DNA of 64,000 nucleotides from the human T2T-CHM13v2.0 reference genome, Homo sapiens: the NCBI RefSeq assembly GCF_009914755.1, contig NC_060947.1; one strand, given 5' to 3'. A program made the position numbers and the translations under genes. This document shows positions 1 to 12,039 of this stretch, in pieces. The notes below the pieces were generated by a model, which saw only the letters and a program-made list of their open reading frames with translations, was not told the origin of the DNA and searched no databases. Each line of letters starts with the position of its first letter. The stretch's first letter is position 1.

Positions 1-354
1 TTCCTTTGCTTATGAAGCTTAGCTTGGCCAGATATGGAATTCTGAGTTGCAATTTATTTTCTTTAAGAATGTTGAACTTGGGTGGCTGAAGTGCGAGGAT
101 CCCTTGAGCCCAGGAATTCAAGGTTGCATGTAGCTATGATCATGCCACTGCACTCCAGCCTGCATGACAAAGTGAGACCCTGTCAAAACAAACAAACAAA
201 CAAACAAAAGAATGTTGAACATTGCCTGGCTTGTAGGGTTTCTGCTGAGAGGTCCACTGTTAGTCTGATGGGTGTCCTTTTGTAGGTGACCTGCCCTTTC
301 TGTCTAGCTGCATTTAACATTTTTTTCTTTTATTTTGACCTTGGAGAAACTGAT
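1..354 (-). mobile_element. L1 fragment (ORF1 3' region), antisense, interrupted by a truncated Alu
   Basis: Sequence such as 'ggtttctgctgagaggtccactgttagtctgatggg' matches antisense L1 ORF1 and parallels the L1 copy at 5560-5790. Confidence 0.8.
78..207 (+). mobile_element. 5'-truncated old Alu (AluJ/monomer-like) with (CAAA)n tail
   Basis: Alu 3' arm 'gatcatgccactgcactccagcctg', flanked by exact 13-bp target-site duplication AAGAATGTTGAAC at 65-77 and 208-220. Confidence 0.9.
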
Positions 355-802
355 GACACAGAAGTATAGAGCTGTGAAATGGGAAATCAGGGGTCTCACA
401 GCCTTCAGAGCTGAGAGCCCCAAACAGAGATTTACCCACGTATTTATTAACAACAAGCCAGTCATTAGCATTGTTTCTATAGATATTAGATTAACTAAAA
501 GTATCCCTTATGGGAAATGAAGGAATGGGCCAAAATAAAGGGATGGGTTGGGCTAGTTATCTGCAGCAGGAGCATGTTCTTTAGGCACAGATCGCTCATG
601 CTATTGTTTGTGGTTTAAGAATGCCTTTAAGTGGTTTTCTGCCCTGGGTGGGCCAGGTGTTCCTTGCCCTCATTCCAGTAAACCCACAACCTTCCAATGT
701 GGGTGTTATGGCCATCATGAACATCACAGTGCTGCAGATATTTTGTTTATGGCCAGTTTTGGGGCCAGTTTATGGCCAGATTTTTGGGGCCTGTTCCCAA
801 CA
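355..802 (-). mobile_element. MER9 LTR (HERV-K9/HML-3), lacking its U5 end
   Basis: Reverse complement starts TGTTGGGAACAGGCCCCAAAAATCTGGCCATAAACTGGCCCCAAAACTGGCCATAAACAAAA, which I recognise as the MER9 5' end. It contains AATAAA and stops before the terminal CA. Confidence 0.85.
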
Positions 803-1108
803 TCCAGTATCCCTGGTGGTTGAAGGGTCTCTTTCTGTTGGAATTTCAGAGGCCCGTGGTGACAGGAGGTTGCTCCTTGTCGGTTCAACTCACCCATTCC
901 CCTTAATTTGTTGGGGACCAGGAATAAGTCCGAGTGCATGGTAGCCCCTTGTAGAGTCCCCAGAGTCTTCCCCCTTCAACCCAGCTTTTGTGTCTTCCTT
1001 CCATCTATTCTCAGTATCTTCCATTTGAATACTTTTTAGGAGCATGCCATTTGTGTCAGTACCTCAGTGGCATCTGTTCCACCTGGCTGTGTCTGGTCAG
1101 CCACTTTA
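803..1108 (-). mobile_element. probable L1 5' UTR remnant, antisense
   Basis: Ends in 'ctgtgtctggtcagccacttt', resembling the antisense 5' terminus of older primate L1s. Confidence 0.5.
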
Positions 1109-1634
1109 CTTAACAAGTGTTTATAAATGGTTAAGATTTCTTGTTCATAAATGGAACAGACCATCCTCTATGTGATAATTACTTTCACATAATCATTTTG
1201 GGGTCCTAGATATTTTAATTGTTGTTCTACTTCATCATGTGAAGATATGCATGATTCTCAGCCAGAGAAAAATGTGAAACCAAGCAGGATCTAGACCCTG
1301 ACCTCATAGAGCATGGCCTGGCCAAATCCTATGGTTCCAGAGCAGAAAGGACACACTCTTCTAAGATTTTTAAAATTTAAATTAAAACTTTATATTTAGT
1401 AAAATTCTCTCATAATGTAGTGTTTTTATGAGTTTACAAAATGAGTCATATATCTACCATAACAATCAAGATAAAAATTAAATCACCTCACAATTATCCC
1501 TTATGCTGTCCCTTTGTTGTCAAGCCCTTCTCCCACCTTCGTCACCCTTGGTAAACACTGCCACTATTTTCTACGTTTCTAAGCTTTATCTTCTTCACAA
1601 TGGCATATAAATAGAATAATACAGTCCATACTCC

Positions 1635-2470
1635 TGAGAAACAAACACATCAAACAAACCAGATTCTGATAATGATATAGATGTTGGAAATGCCTGAAAG
1701 GGAAGTAAAAATAACTATGATTAAAATGTTAAAGGCTCTAATAGAAAAGGTGAACCACCTGCAAAATAAGATGGGTAATTTCATTAGAGAGATTAAAACT
1801 CTAAGAATAAAATGGAAATGCTAGAAATTAAAAACACAATAATAGATATAGTCTCTTTATTGGCCTTATCAGGAGACTTGACACAGCTGAGAAAATCATT
1901 AGTGACCTTAAAGATATGTCGATAAAACTCGTCCAAACTGAAACACTAGGAAAAAGAAAAGGAAGAAAATGAAATATATCATCCAGGATCTGTGGGATAA
2001 TATCAAACTCCCTAATATAAATGCAATTCTAATTGTATAAGGAAAAGAAATATGTGACAGAAGAAAGACTTCAAATAAAATGGCTGATAATTTTCCAAAA
2101 TTGTTGACAGATATTAAACCACAGACTCAAAAAACTCAAAGCACCACAACTTGGCTAATTATTAAAAAAAAAAAAATGCACCCACCCCAGACATACAACG
2201 TAAAATCTACTGAAAACCAAAGACATTCAGAAAATCTTAAAAAAACAGAGAAAATAAAATGAAATATAGAAAGAAAAGTTATAGCAATTTTTTCATCAGA
2301 AGCCACAGAAGCCAGAAGTTAATGTTACAAAAATCTTTTACATGCTGAAAGAAAAAATAGTTTACTCAGAATTCTGTACACTGAAAATAAAAAGAAAACA
2401 CAAACAACATTTTCAGAAAGAAAAGTCTATGAGGATTCATTCCCTACATACCTATACTACAAAAAATGTT
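1635..2470 (+). mobile_element. old L1M ORF1 region
   Basis: A-rich L1-like sequence. ORF 2080-2262 (MADNFPKLLTDIKPQTQK) resembles L1 ORF1p. Confidence 0.7.
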
Positions 2471-2484
2471 AAATAAATTACTTC

Positions 2485-5018
2485 AGGATGAACATCCCCA
2501 ATACACATAGTCATCAGATCCTGCAAGGTCAACATAAAAGAAAAAATATTACACCAGGCCCAGTGGATCATGCCTGTAATCCCAGCATTTTGGGAGGCCA
2601 AGGCAGGCAGATTGCTTGAGGTCAGGAGTTTGCAATAAGCCTGGCCAACTTGGAGAAACCCCATCTCTACTAAAAATATAGACAAGCACTTAGCATTTGT
2701 TAAGGGAATTCATTACCACCACACCTGTCTCACAAGAGGTCCTTAAGGAAGTGCTAAACATGGAAATAAAAAACCACTACCATCCACGACAAACACCAAC
2801 TTACATGAATAGTCCATGGACACTATTAAGCAACTATAGGATCATGCCTAAATAAAAACCAGCTAACATCATGATGATAGGATCAAATCTCCACATATCA
2901 GTATTGGCCTTGAATGAAAATGGGCTAAACACCTCAATTAAAAGGCATGGAGTGGCAAGTTGGATAAAGAAGCAATACCCAATTCTATGCTGTCTTCAAG
3001 AAACCCAACTCACATGCAATGACACCCATAGGATCAAAGTAAAGTGATGGAGGAAGATCTATCAAGAAAACAGAAAACAAAAAAGAGCTGAGGTAGCTAT
3101 TATTATTCAAGATAAAACAGACTTTAAACCAACAACAATCAAAAAGGCCAAACAGGGGTACTATATAATGATAAAGGGTTTAATTCAACAGGAAGACATA
3201 ACTATCCTAAACATAAATGCGTTCAACATTGGAGCACCCAGATTGATAAAACAAGTTTTTAGAGACCTATGAAGATACTTAGATAACCAAACAATAATAG
3301 TGGGAGACTGCAACACCCCAATGACAATGTTGGACAGATTATCAAGAGATAATATTAACAAAGATATTTGGGACATAAACTTGACATTCAACCAAATTTC
3401 ATTCACAATAGCCACAAAAAGAATAAAATACTTAGGAATAGAGCAATTCAGGGAGGTGGAGGATGTCTGTAACAGAATTACAAAACACCACTCAAAGAAA
3501 TCAGAGATGACATAAACAAATGGAAGAGGATTCCATGCTCATGGGTAGAAAGAATCATTATTGTTAAAATGACCATACCACCCAAAACAATTTGTAGATT
3601 CAATGGTATTCCTATCAAACCACTAAGGACATTCTTCACAGAATTAGAAAAAAAACTATTTTAAAATATATATGAGCCAAAAAATAGCTTGAGTAGGCAA
3701 GACAATCCTAAGCAGAAAAAAAAAAAAACTGAAGGCATCACATTACCCAACTTTAAACTATACTACAAGGCTATATTAACCAAAACAGTGGGGTATTGGT
3801 ACAAAAGCAGACACATAGACCAATATAACAGGTTAGAGAATGAAGAAATAAAGCTGCACATGTAGAACCATCTGATCTTTTTTAAATATGACAAAAGCAA
3901 GGAATGGGAAAAGAAGTTCCTAATCAATAAATGATGCTGGGATAAATGACTAGCAATATGCAGAAGATTGAAACTGGACCCTTTCTTTAATCATATACAA
4001 AAATCAACTCAAAATTGATTAAAGACTTAAATGTAAAACCTAAAACTATAAAGACCCTAGAAGAAACCTAGGACATATCATTATGCACATAGGCCTTGGC
4101 AAGATTTTATGAGAAATACTCCAAAATCAATTGTAGCAAAAACAAACATTGTCAAGTAGAATCTAATTAAACTAAAAAGCTTCTGTACCAAATAAACTAC
4201 CAACAAAGGAAACAGACAGCCTACAGAATGGGAGAAAATATTTTCAAACTATGCATCCAACAAAGGTCTAATATCCAGAATCTATAAAGAACTTAAACAA
4301 ATCAACAAGCAAGAATCAAACAACCCTATGGACAAAAGACACGAACAGATACTTCTTGAAGACATAGACGTTATATTCTGTGGCCAACAAGCATATGAAA
4401 AAATTCTCAACAACACTAATTATTAGAGAAATGCAGATTGAAACCGCAATGAGATGCCATCTCACACCTGTCAGAGCAGCTGTTATTAAATAGTCAAAAA
4501 CCAACAAATGCCAATGAGATTGTGGATAAAAGGGAATGCTCATACACTGCTGGCAGAAATGTAAATTAGTTTAGTCACTGTGGAAAGCAGTTTGAAGATT
4601 TCTCCAGGAACTTAAAACGGAACTACTGTTTGACCCAGCAGTCTCATTAATGGGTATATAACCAAGGAAATACAAATAATTCTATCATAAAGACACCTGA
4701 CGTGCATATTCATCACAGCACTTTTCATGATAGCATGAACAGTGTATTGAATAATAAAAAGTGGTACTATTCACTATGGTGTACTAGGCATCCATGAAAA
4801 AGAATGACATATTTTTGCAGAAACATAGATGGAACTGGAGGCCATAATCCTAAGTGAACTAATGCAGAAACAGAAAACCAAATACTGCATGTTTTCACTT
4901 ATAAGTGGGAGCTAAACTTAGAGTACAAGCAAACGTGTACTCAAAGTTATGGGTAACAATAGACACCAGGGTGTACTTGAGGGTGGAGGATGCCAGGAGG
5001 CTAAGGATCAAAAAGCTA
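2485..5018 (+). mobile_element. L1 (older L1PA/L1PB type): ORF1 end, ORF2 with large internal deletion, partial 3' UTR
   Basis: ORF2 start near 2874. ORF 3300-3515 joins endonuclease-region residues (GDCNTP...DINLTFNQ) directly to post-RT residues (FTIATKRIKYLGI). The 3' UTR is cut off without a poly(A). Confidence 0.85.
2553..2680 (+). mobile_element. Alu left monomer inside L1 ORF1
   Basis: 'catgcctgtaatcccagcattttgggaggccaagg...tctctactaaaaata', with no right arm. Confidence 0.85.
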
Positions 5019-8000
5019 GTTAGGTATTTTTGTTGAATTGAACCCTTTACCATTATGGAATGCTCTTCTTTGTCTTTTTTTGATCATTGTTGGTTTAAAG
5101 TCTGTTTTGTCTGAAATTGGAATAGCAACTCCTGCTTTCTTCAGTTTTCCATTTGCTTGGTGGATTTTTATCCATCTCTATACTTTGACCCTATGGGTGT
5201 CATTGCATATGATATGGATCTCTTTTAAACAGCATGCAGTTGAATCTTGCTTGTTTATCCAACTTGGCACTTCGTGCCTTTGAATTGGGGCATTTAACCA
5301 GTTTACATTCGGTTAATATTGATACATGTAGGTTTGATCCTGTCATTGTGTTGTTACCTGGTTATTATGCAGACTTGATTGTGTGCTTTCTTTATAGTGT
5401 CAATGGTCTACGTATTTAATCATGTTTTTGTGGTCATTGGTAAGGGTCTTTCCTTTTCCAGGTTTGGCACTTCCTTAATGACCTCTTGTAAGCCAGGTGT
5501 GATGATAACTAATTCCCTTAGCATTTGCCTGCCTGAAAAGGATCTTAGGATCTTATTTCTCCTTCTTGTATAAAGCTTAGTTTCACTGGTTATGAAATTC
5601 TTGGTTTGAATTTCTTTTCTTTAAAGATGCTTTATATAGGCCCCCAGTCTCTTCTGCCTTGTAGAGTTTCTGCTGAGAAGTACACTGTTAGCCCAATGGG
5701 GTTCCTTTGTAGGTGACCTGCCCCTTTCCTCTATCTGCCTTTAACATTTTTTCCTCTATTTTGACCTTGAAGAAAACTGAAGACTATGCACACTAGGAAT
5801 AGTCATCTTGTATAGTATCTTTCAGGTGTGCTATGCAATTCCTGGATTTGAATGCTGGCTTCTCAAGTGAGCTAGGTGAAATTTTCATGGATATTTTCAA
5901 GTGTGTTTTTCAAGTTGTTTGCTCTCTCTCTTTTTCAGGGTTGTCAATGAGTCATAGATTTGGTATCTTTACATAATCTGATATTTCTCAGAGATTTTGT
6001 TCATTTATTTTTATTTTTGTCTTAATGGGTTATTTCAGAGAACTAGTCTCCGAGCTTTGAGGTTCTTTCCTCAGCTTGGTTGATTCTGCTGTTAATACTT
6101 GCAATTTTATTATGAAATTATTGAGGTGAATTATTCAGCTCTATCAGATTAGCTTGGTTCTTTCTTAAAATGCCTATTTTCTTTTATCTCCTATATCATT
6201 TTATTATATCCCTTAGATTTTTTTAAATTGGGTTTCTACTTTCTCCTGAATGTTGATCTTCATTCCTATCCATACTCTGAATTTTATTTCTGACATTTTA
6301 CCCATTTCAGCCTGATTAAGAACCATGGCTGGATAACTAGTGTGGTCATTTGGAGGTAAGAGGACACTCTAGCTTTTTGAGTTTTCAGAGTTTGTGTGCT
6401 GATTCTTTTTCATCTGTGTAGGCTGATGTTCCTTCAGTCTTTGAAGTTGCTGTCCTTCAGATAAGTTTTTCTTGCTTTTATATTCTTTGATTCCCTTGGG
6501 GATTTGATTGTGGTGCAAGGTGGGTTCAGTAGAATGTTTTTTTTTTTTTAAGTGATCCTCTTAAAAATATTTTAGTACATAGAAAGTCATTTATACATAT
6601 TATTAAAGCAAATTATGAAACATTATGTGTAGAAAACTTCCATTTATGTGAAAAATAGGCCAACTGAGGACCAATTGTAAAGACCATCAAGGCTAGGAAG
6701 AAACCGCATCAACTAATGAGCAAAATAACCAGCTAACATCATAAAGACAGGATCAAATTCACACATAACAGTATTCACCTTAAATGTAAATGGGCTAAAT
6801 GCTCCAATTAAAAGACACTGACTGGCAAATTGGATAAAGAGTCAAGACCCATCAGTGTGCTGTATTCAGGAAACCCATCTCATGTGCAGAGACACACATA
6901 GGCTCAAAATAAAGGGATGGAGGAAGATCTACCAAGCAAATGGAAAACAAAAAAAGGCAGGGGTTGCAATCCTAGTCTCTGATAAAACAGACTTTCAACC
7001 AACAAAGATCAAAAGAGAAAAAGAAGGCCATTACATAATGGTAAAGGGATCAAGTCAACAAGAAGAGCTAACTATCCTAAATATATGTGCACCCAATACA
7101 GGAGCACCCAGATTCATAAAGCAAGTCCTTAGAGACCTACAAAGAGACTTAGATACCCACACAATAATAATGGGAGACTTTAACACCCCACTGTCAACAT
7201 TAGACAGATCAACGAGACAGAAAGTTAACAAGGATATCCAGGAACTGAACTCAGCTCTGCACCAAGTGGACCTAATAGACATCTACAGAGCTCTCCACTC
7301 CAAATCAAAAGAATATACATTCTTTTCAGCACCACACCACACCTATTCCAAAATTGACCACATAGTTGGAAGAAAAGCACTCCTCAGCAAATGTAAAAGA
7401 ACAGAAATTATAACAAACTATCACTCAGACCACAGTGCAATCAAACTAGAACTCAGGATTAAGAAACTCACTCAAAACCGCTCAACTACATGGAAACTGA
7501 GTAGAATGGTTTTGATTCTAGTCTACTCCTTGGTGTTTAAATAACTCCCTCTGATTACTGTCTCTGTGCCTATGTTTCTTTTGTTGGGTGTTCTTGTCCA
7601 TGAAGCTCCCTCAGGCAGAGGCTGCAGTTGCAGACAGGCCATGTCCTTGCCGGGTCAGCTGTAATCTGCTGTCGGAGTATTTCCTGGGGGAACATGGGGT
7701 TGTGCCTGCCCACAGAGTCCCAGCAGAAGTGGGACTGCTGGGTTGGAAGCTCTAGCAGGTGTAGCCTGTCTGTCCATGAGAGGTGGAGGTGGATGGAATT
7801 GATTGCCCTGTTGTCTGGGTGTTTCCTGGGAAAACAGGAAGCTGAATAGGACTGAGTTCAGACAGAAGTGAGACTGTTGGGTTAGAAAATCTAGCAGGCA
7901 TTACCTGCCTGGCTACCAGTGGCAGGAGTGGGTGGGATTGCCCTTTCTGCCATCTGGGTGCTTTTTAAGACAGCAGGGGGCTACAGATGTTGGCTGAGTT

Positions 8001-8552
8001 TAGGTAGAAGTGAGACCATTGTGCCAGAAGCTGGTGCTAAGCCCTGTCTGATGAGGGGCAGTAGAGCAATCTTACTCCTTCTAGGCACCATGACTTTAGT
8101 CTTTATTGGGGCTGTGGTGTCAGTGCTGGTCTATTCTGTGGCCTAAGACTTGTAGAGTTTCCCTTGGAGTCAAGAGTTTCCCCTGCAAAGCATCCAGGTG
8201 GTCCTCTGCCTCAGTCTAGAAGCATGGTGGGGGCAGTGTGTGGGGGCCAGGGTGATTCTGCTGTTCCCAGTCTTGCATAGGCTCCTGTGGAGGATGTGAG
8301 TATCCCAGAAGATTCTCACTTACTCACCTTTCCCCTGTTGGAGAGGTTCTTCTGGCTCTTTGCTGTGCCCATACAGGCTGGTGCTCAGCTTCCCTCTTCT
8401 CTGATTTCTGTAGCCCTGCTACCTTGATGAATCCTGACATGGTTTCTCTGTTGATTGGCCTTCAGGGCCAGTGTTTATTAAACTTTTTGTTTCTTCTCTG
8501 TGAGAGTGGAGTACATGAGCTGCTTCTATTCTGCCATATTGGCCCCTCCCAC
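5019..8552 (-). mobile_element. L1 5' portion (5' UTR, ORF1, start of ORF2), antisense, interrupted at 6528-7513
   Basis: Antisense endonuclease sequence at 5020-5260 and ORF1 to about 6500. The L1 5' terminus 'gctgcttctattctgccatattggcccctccc' is at 8520-8550. Confidence 0.8.
6537..7500. mobile_element. composite L1-mediated insertion: minus-strand poly(A), 120 bp non-L1 tag, inverted young L1PA segment (inter-ORF and endonuclease)
   Basis: T13 at 6537-6549 and sense L1 at 6671-7500 (ORF 6855-7544, CCIQETHL...GDFNTPL...SDHSAIKLEL), flanked by AGTAGAATG(G)TTTT at 6528 and 7500. Confidence 0.8.
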
Positions 8553-8559
8553 CCTCTCA

Positions 8560-9265
8560 TTTTTGAAGGGTCATTTTGTCAAATATAGAATTCTTTATTG
8601 ACGAGTATTTTTTTCTTTCAGCACTTTAAATATGTCAGTTAACTTATTTCTAACCTCCATGGTCTCAGAGAAGAAATTGGCTATTAATCTTATTGAGAAT
8701 TTCTTTTCTGTGACAAATCTTGTTTTGCATCTTTTCAGGTTCTCTTTGTCTTTTTTAAAATAGTTTAATTACAATGTGCCTTGGTGTGGGTAGAGTTTTG
8801 CTAATCCTACTTTTAGTCAGCTGAGCTTCTCGGATGTGTAGATTTACATGTTTTGTCAAATGTGAGACATTTTTAGCCATTATTGTTTCAGATGTTTTTT
8901 CTCCTTTCTCTCTCCTCCTTCTTTGACTTCCATAATACATATATTAATCCGCTTGATGTTGTCCTACAGGTCCCTTATGCTCTGTTCACTTTTCTTCATT
9001 ATTCTCTCCTTCTGCTCCTCATACTAGATATTTTCCATTGTCCTATCATCAAGTTATCTGATTCTGCCTTCTGCCTGCTCAAATCTGCTGTTTAACTCTT
9101 CTAGTGAATTAAAATTTCAATTCTCCTTTTCTATTCCAGAATTTGTTTGGTTCCTTTTTATTTCCATATCTTTATTTATATTTGAATTTTGTTCAGATAT
9201 GGTTTTAAGTTTTTCTTTACTTTTTATTTATGTTTTCAGTTCTTTAAGCATACTTAAGCAGCTGT
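8560..9265 (-). mobile_element. old L1M ORF1 region, antisense
   Basis: T-rich. ORF 8755-8940 (ETIMAKNVSHL...PTPRHIVIKL) resembles ORF1p. Confidence 0.7.
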
Positions 9266-9469
9266 TATAAGTAATTACATCAGTGATATAGTGGGAACAA
9301 AAGTCAAGTTACATGAACCAAAAAGTAAAAAGGAGTTGTGGGAATGAAAATAGGGAGTATCAACAACTTTTCTCAAGGCTTGTTTTAAAGGGTATTGAAA
9401 AATGGGATATTGTAGTTCGATAGAAATGTGTGACTAAGGAAGGTTTTTTAAATTGCATAGTTTGGGCTA

Positions 9470-9598
9470 ACTGTCCAATACCATAGCCACCAGTTACATA
9501 TGGCTGTATGAACTTAAATTCATTATAATTAAACTAAATTATAAATTAAGTTCCTCAGTTATATTAGCCACATGTGACTACTGTATTGGACAGCACTG
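9470..9598. mobile_element. hAT-Charlie MITE remnant (MER3/MER33-like)
   Basis: Inverted ends 'ctgtccaata' and 'tattggacag' around 'tagccacatgtg'. Confidence 0.7.
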
Positions 9599-9817
9599 AA
9601 AACTCCTCTGATTTGCACCATCTTCCCTTTCTTTTATCCAGTTACAAATAATAAGGCATCTTTTCTCTCATTAAATATTAATTCCTATCATTCATACTCT
9701 GGACCCCATTCCCTCTCCATTTTTTTACTTACCTAAGTCCTATGGTTATTATTTCTCTCTCTCTCTCCCACCTAATTATCAGTCTCTCCCTCTTTGCTAG
9801 ATCAACATGCTCTAGTA

Positions 9818-10522
9818 CTGTAGTACCACCTCATTCCTGGTTTCACTTTCTATGCTTTCAATTATTCATGTTCAATCATAATCTGATAATATTAAATGAA
9901 AACTTCCAGAAATAAACCATTTTTAAGTTTTAAACTTTGTATAAGTGGTGTGATAACATCTCATACTATCCCACCTGGGATGAGAATGTTTCCTTTGTCC
10001 AGCATATCCACACTGGATATGCCACCTGCCCATTCGGCACTTAGCTGTCTCAGTTACCAGATCAACTGTCACAGTTTTGCAATTCTTGCGTTAATGTAGC
10101 TTTTATTTTACTTAATAAAGGCCCCAAAGTGGTAGAGTAATGATGCTGGCAATTTGTATGTGCCAAAGAGAAGCCGTAAAGTGCTTCTTTTAGTGAAAAG
10201 GTGAAAGTTTTTGAATTAATAATGAAAAAACTTGTATGCTGAGGTTGCTAAGATTGATGGTAAGAATGAATATTCTATCTATGCAATTGTGAAGAAGGAA
10301 AAATAAATTCATGCAGGTTTTTCTGTAGCACTTCAAACTACAAAAGCTATGGCCACAATGTATGATAAGTGCTTAGTTAAGATGAAAAAGGCATTACATT
10401 TGTGGGTGGAAGATATAAACAGAAATGTGTTTCAATTGACAGTAATCGGCTTCAGTACTATCTGTGCTTTCAGGTTTCCACTGGTTTTGGAATGTATCCT
10501 CCTTGGATAGAGGGGACTACTG
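9818..10522 (+). mobile_element. MER44 (Tigger7-derived) DNA transposon, about 700 bp
   Basis: Terminal inverted repeats 'ctgtagtaccacc' and 'ggggactactg' with TA on both sides, and internal 'aatattaaatgaaaacttccagaaataaac'. Confidence 0.85.
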
Positions 10523-11323
10523 TATAGTGAGAGAAGTTTGCGGATTTTACAATAGTATGATGAGAGTTTTTTCTGATGGTTTCAATTTTCTTATTCATAT
10601 CTAAGTAAAGGCCATCAGTGTTGTGGAGGTGGGTGTGCTGGTGTAGGAGGTTTGAAGAAAAGGAAAAAATGTATGAAATTGTTGATTCAAAGGGTAGAAA
10701 AACAAACTTTTCTGAGAAATGGAATAAGACTGATGAACAGTATAGAGGACCCACGTGAGTAGAAACACTTCCCCCTCTGAGGCTCAAGGGCTTGGTAGAC
10801 ATGGATAAGGAATGGAATTTTAAAGGATGAGAGCTTTTGTAGAGTAGTGGTAAAAGGAATTTTCAAGATAGACTGCATGGGCTCAAATTTCAGCTATGAT
10901 GTGTGATCTTCAGAAAGTGATATAATATCTATGAGCTGAAGCCTTACTTATTTCATATATACAATGGAATTAATAGTAATATCTGTCTCATAGGGATTTT
11001 GAATTAATGTATTTTAAGTGCTATGCAAGTTTTTGCCAATATTATTCTTATTCTGTGAAATTTGAGTTGAATTCAGTTGTTGAGAGTGAGAAGGTAAGGA
11101 ACAAATGAGGCTTGAGGAGTGTATTGAAAGTTTGTACTTGTCACCCAGAGGAACAGGATTGGAAGCTATTGAACCAAACAGCACTGAGGACACAATTGAG
11201 ACTGGAAAATAGAAATTTGAAGAAGCAGCACTACAGAAGGCTGTAGAGTTTTCTCCAGCTGTGTTCAGCACATCACAGTCTAAGATCAGAGAAGGCAGAT
11301 TGTAAAATACACCTAGGGAGGTT

Positions 11324-11513
11324 AGTGGTACCCAACTTTAGTGGACATGACAATCACTTAGAGGGATTGTTAGATTGCCCATAGGCTGCTGAGCCCATGC
11401 CCAGAGTTTCTGAATCTTCAGGTGTGGAGAGATTCCCAACAATTTGCATTTCTACAAATTGCTAAGTGGATTCTGATGCTGCTGGTGGAAGAAATAAACT
11501 TTGAGGACCACTG
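11324..11513. mobile_element. MER5A DNA transposon
   Basis: 'aatcacttagaggg...cccagagtttctga...atttgcatttcta...ctgatgctgctgg...actttgaggaccactg' pattern. Confidence 0.8.
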
Positions 11514-11729
11514 ATTTACAGGAAGTTATTATGGGGTGGGAGTGGTGAAGGGGATGCATTGTGTAGAATAGAGTAACAGGCAAGAAGACATGAGAGTGCA
11601 GGATATTTGTAAAAGAGTAGTTCAAATGCTGACCATGGCAGTGAGGGAATTTGGACCAGATAGGGAAAAGAATGGAGTCAGGAGGAACCTGATTAAAAAA
11701 GGTAGAGGAGAGTAGGGATCTTCTCAAGG

Positions 11730-11910
11730 ACATAGCACTTATCCCACCTTGTAATTCTACATGGTTTTTTTGTTGGTTTACTTGTATGTTGTTTCCTCTC
11801 CTGACTAGATTCTAAGAGGACAGGCACTATGTTGTTTTGTTGATGACTCTTTCCAACACTCAACATGTAGTATTTGTTCAATACAGCTTTGTTGATTGTA
11901 TGAGTGAAAA
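11730..11910 (+). mobile_element. L2 3' end remnant
   Basis: 'actagattctaagaggacagg...caatacagctttgttgattgtatgagtgaa' resembles the L2 tail. Confidence 0.6.
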
Positions 11911-12039
11911 AAAATTGCATGCTTTCACCTCTGACTCTTCTTTAAGCTCTCCTCATTCCTTGAGATTCAGACCAAGCCTAAACTCTTCTATAACACTTTA
12001 TCCGGTGATTAATACCTCTAAACTCCTGTAGTTGTTTAA

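Noticed and set aside
2700-5520. Opposed L1 segments (2700-3210 sense, 5020-5520 antisense) as a recent inverted duplication
   Set aside because: The two copies differ at many positions, as expected for independent old insertions.
6855-7544. 229-aa endonuclease ORF as a domesticated gene
   Set aside because: It is an L1 ORF2p fragment with no promoter or splice context, lacking its in-frame N-terminus and running into flanking DNA.
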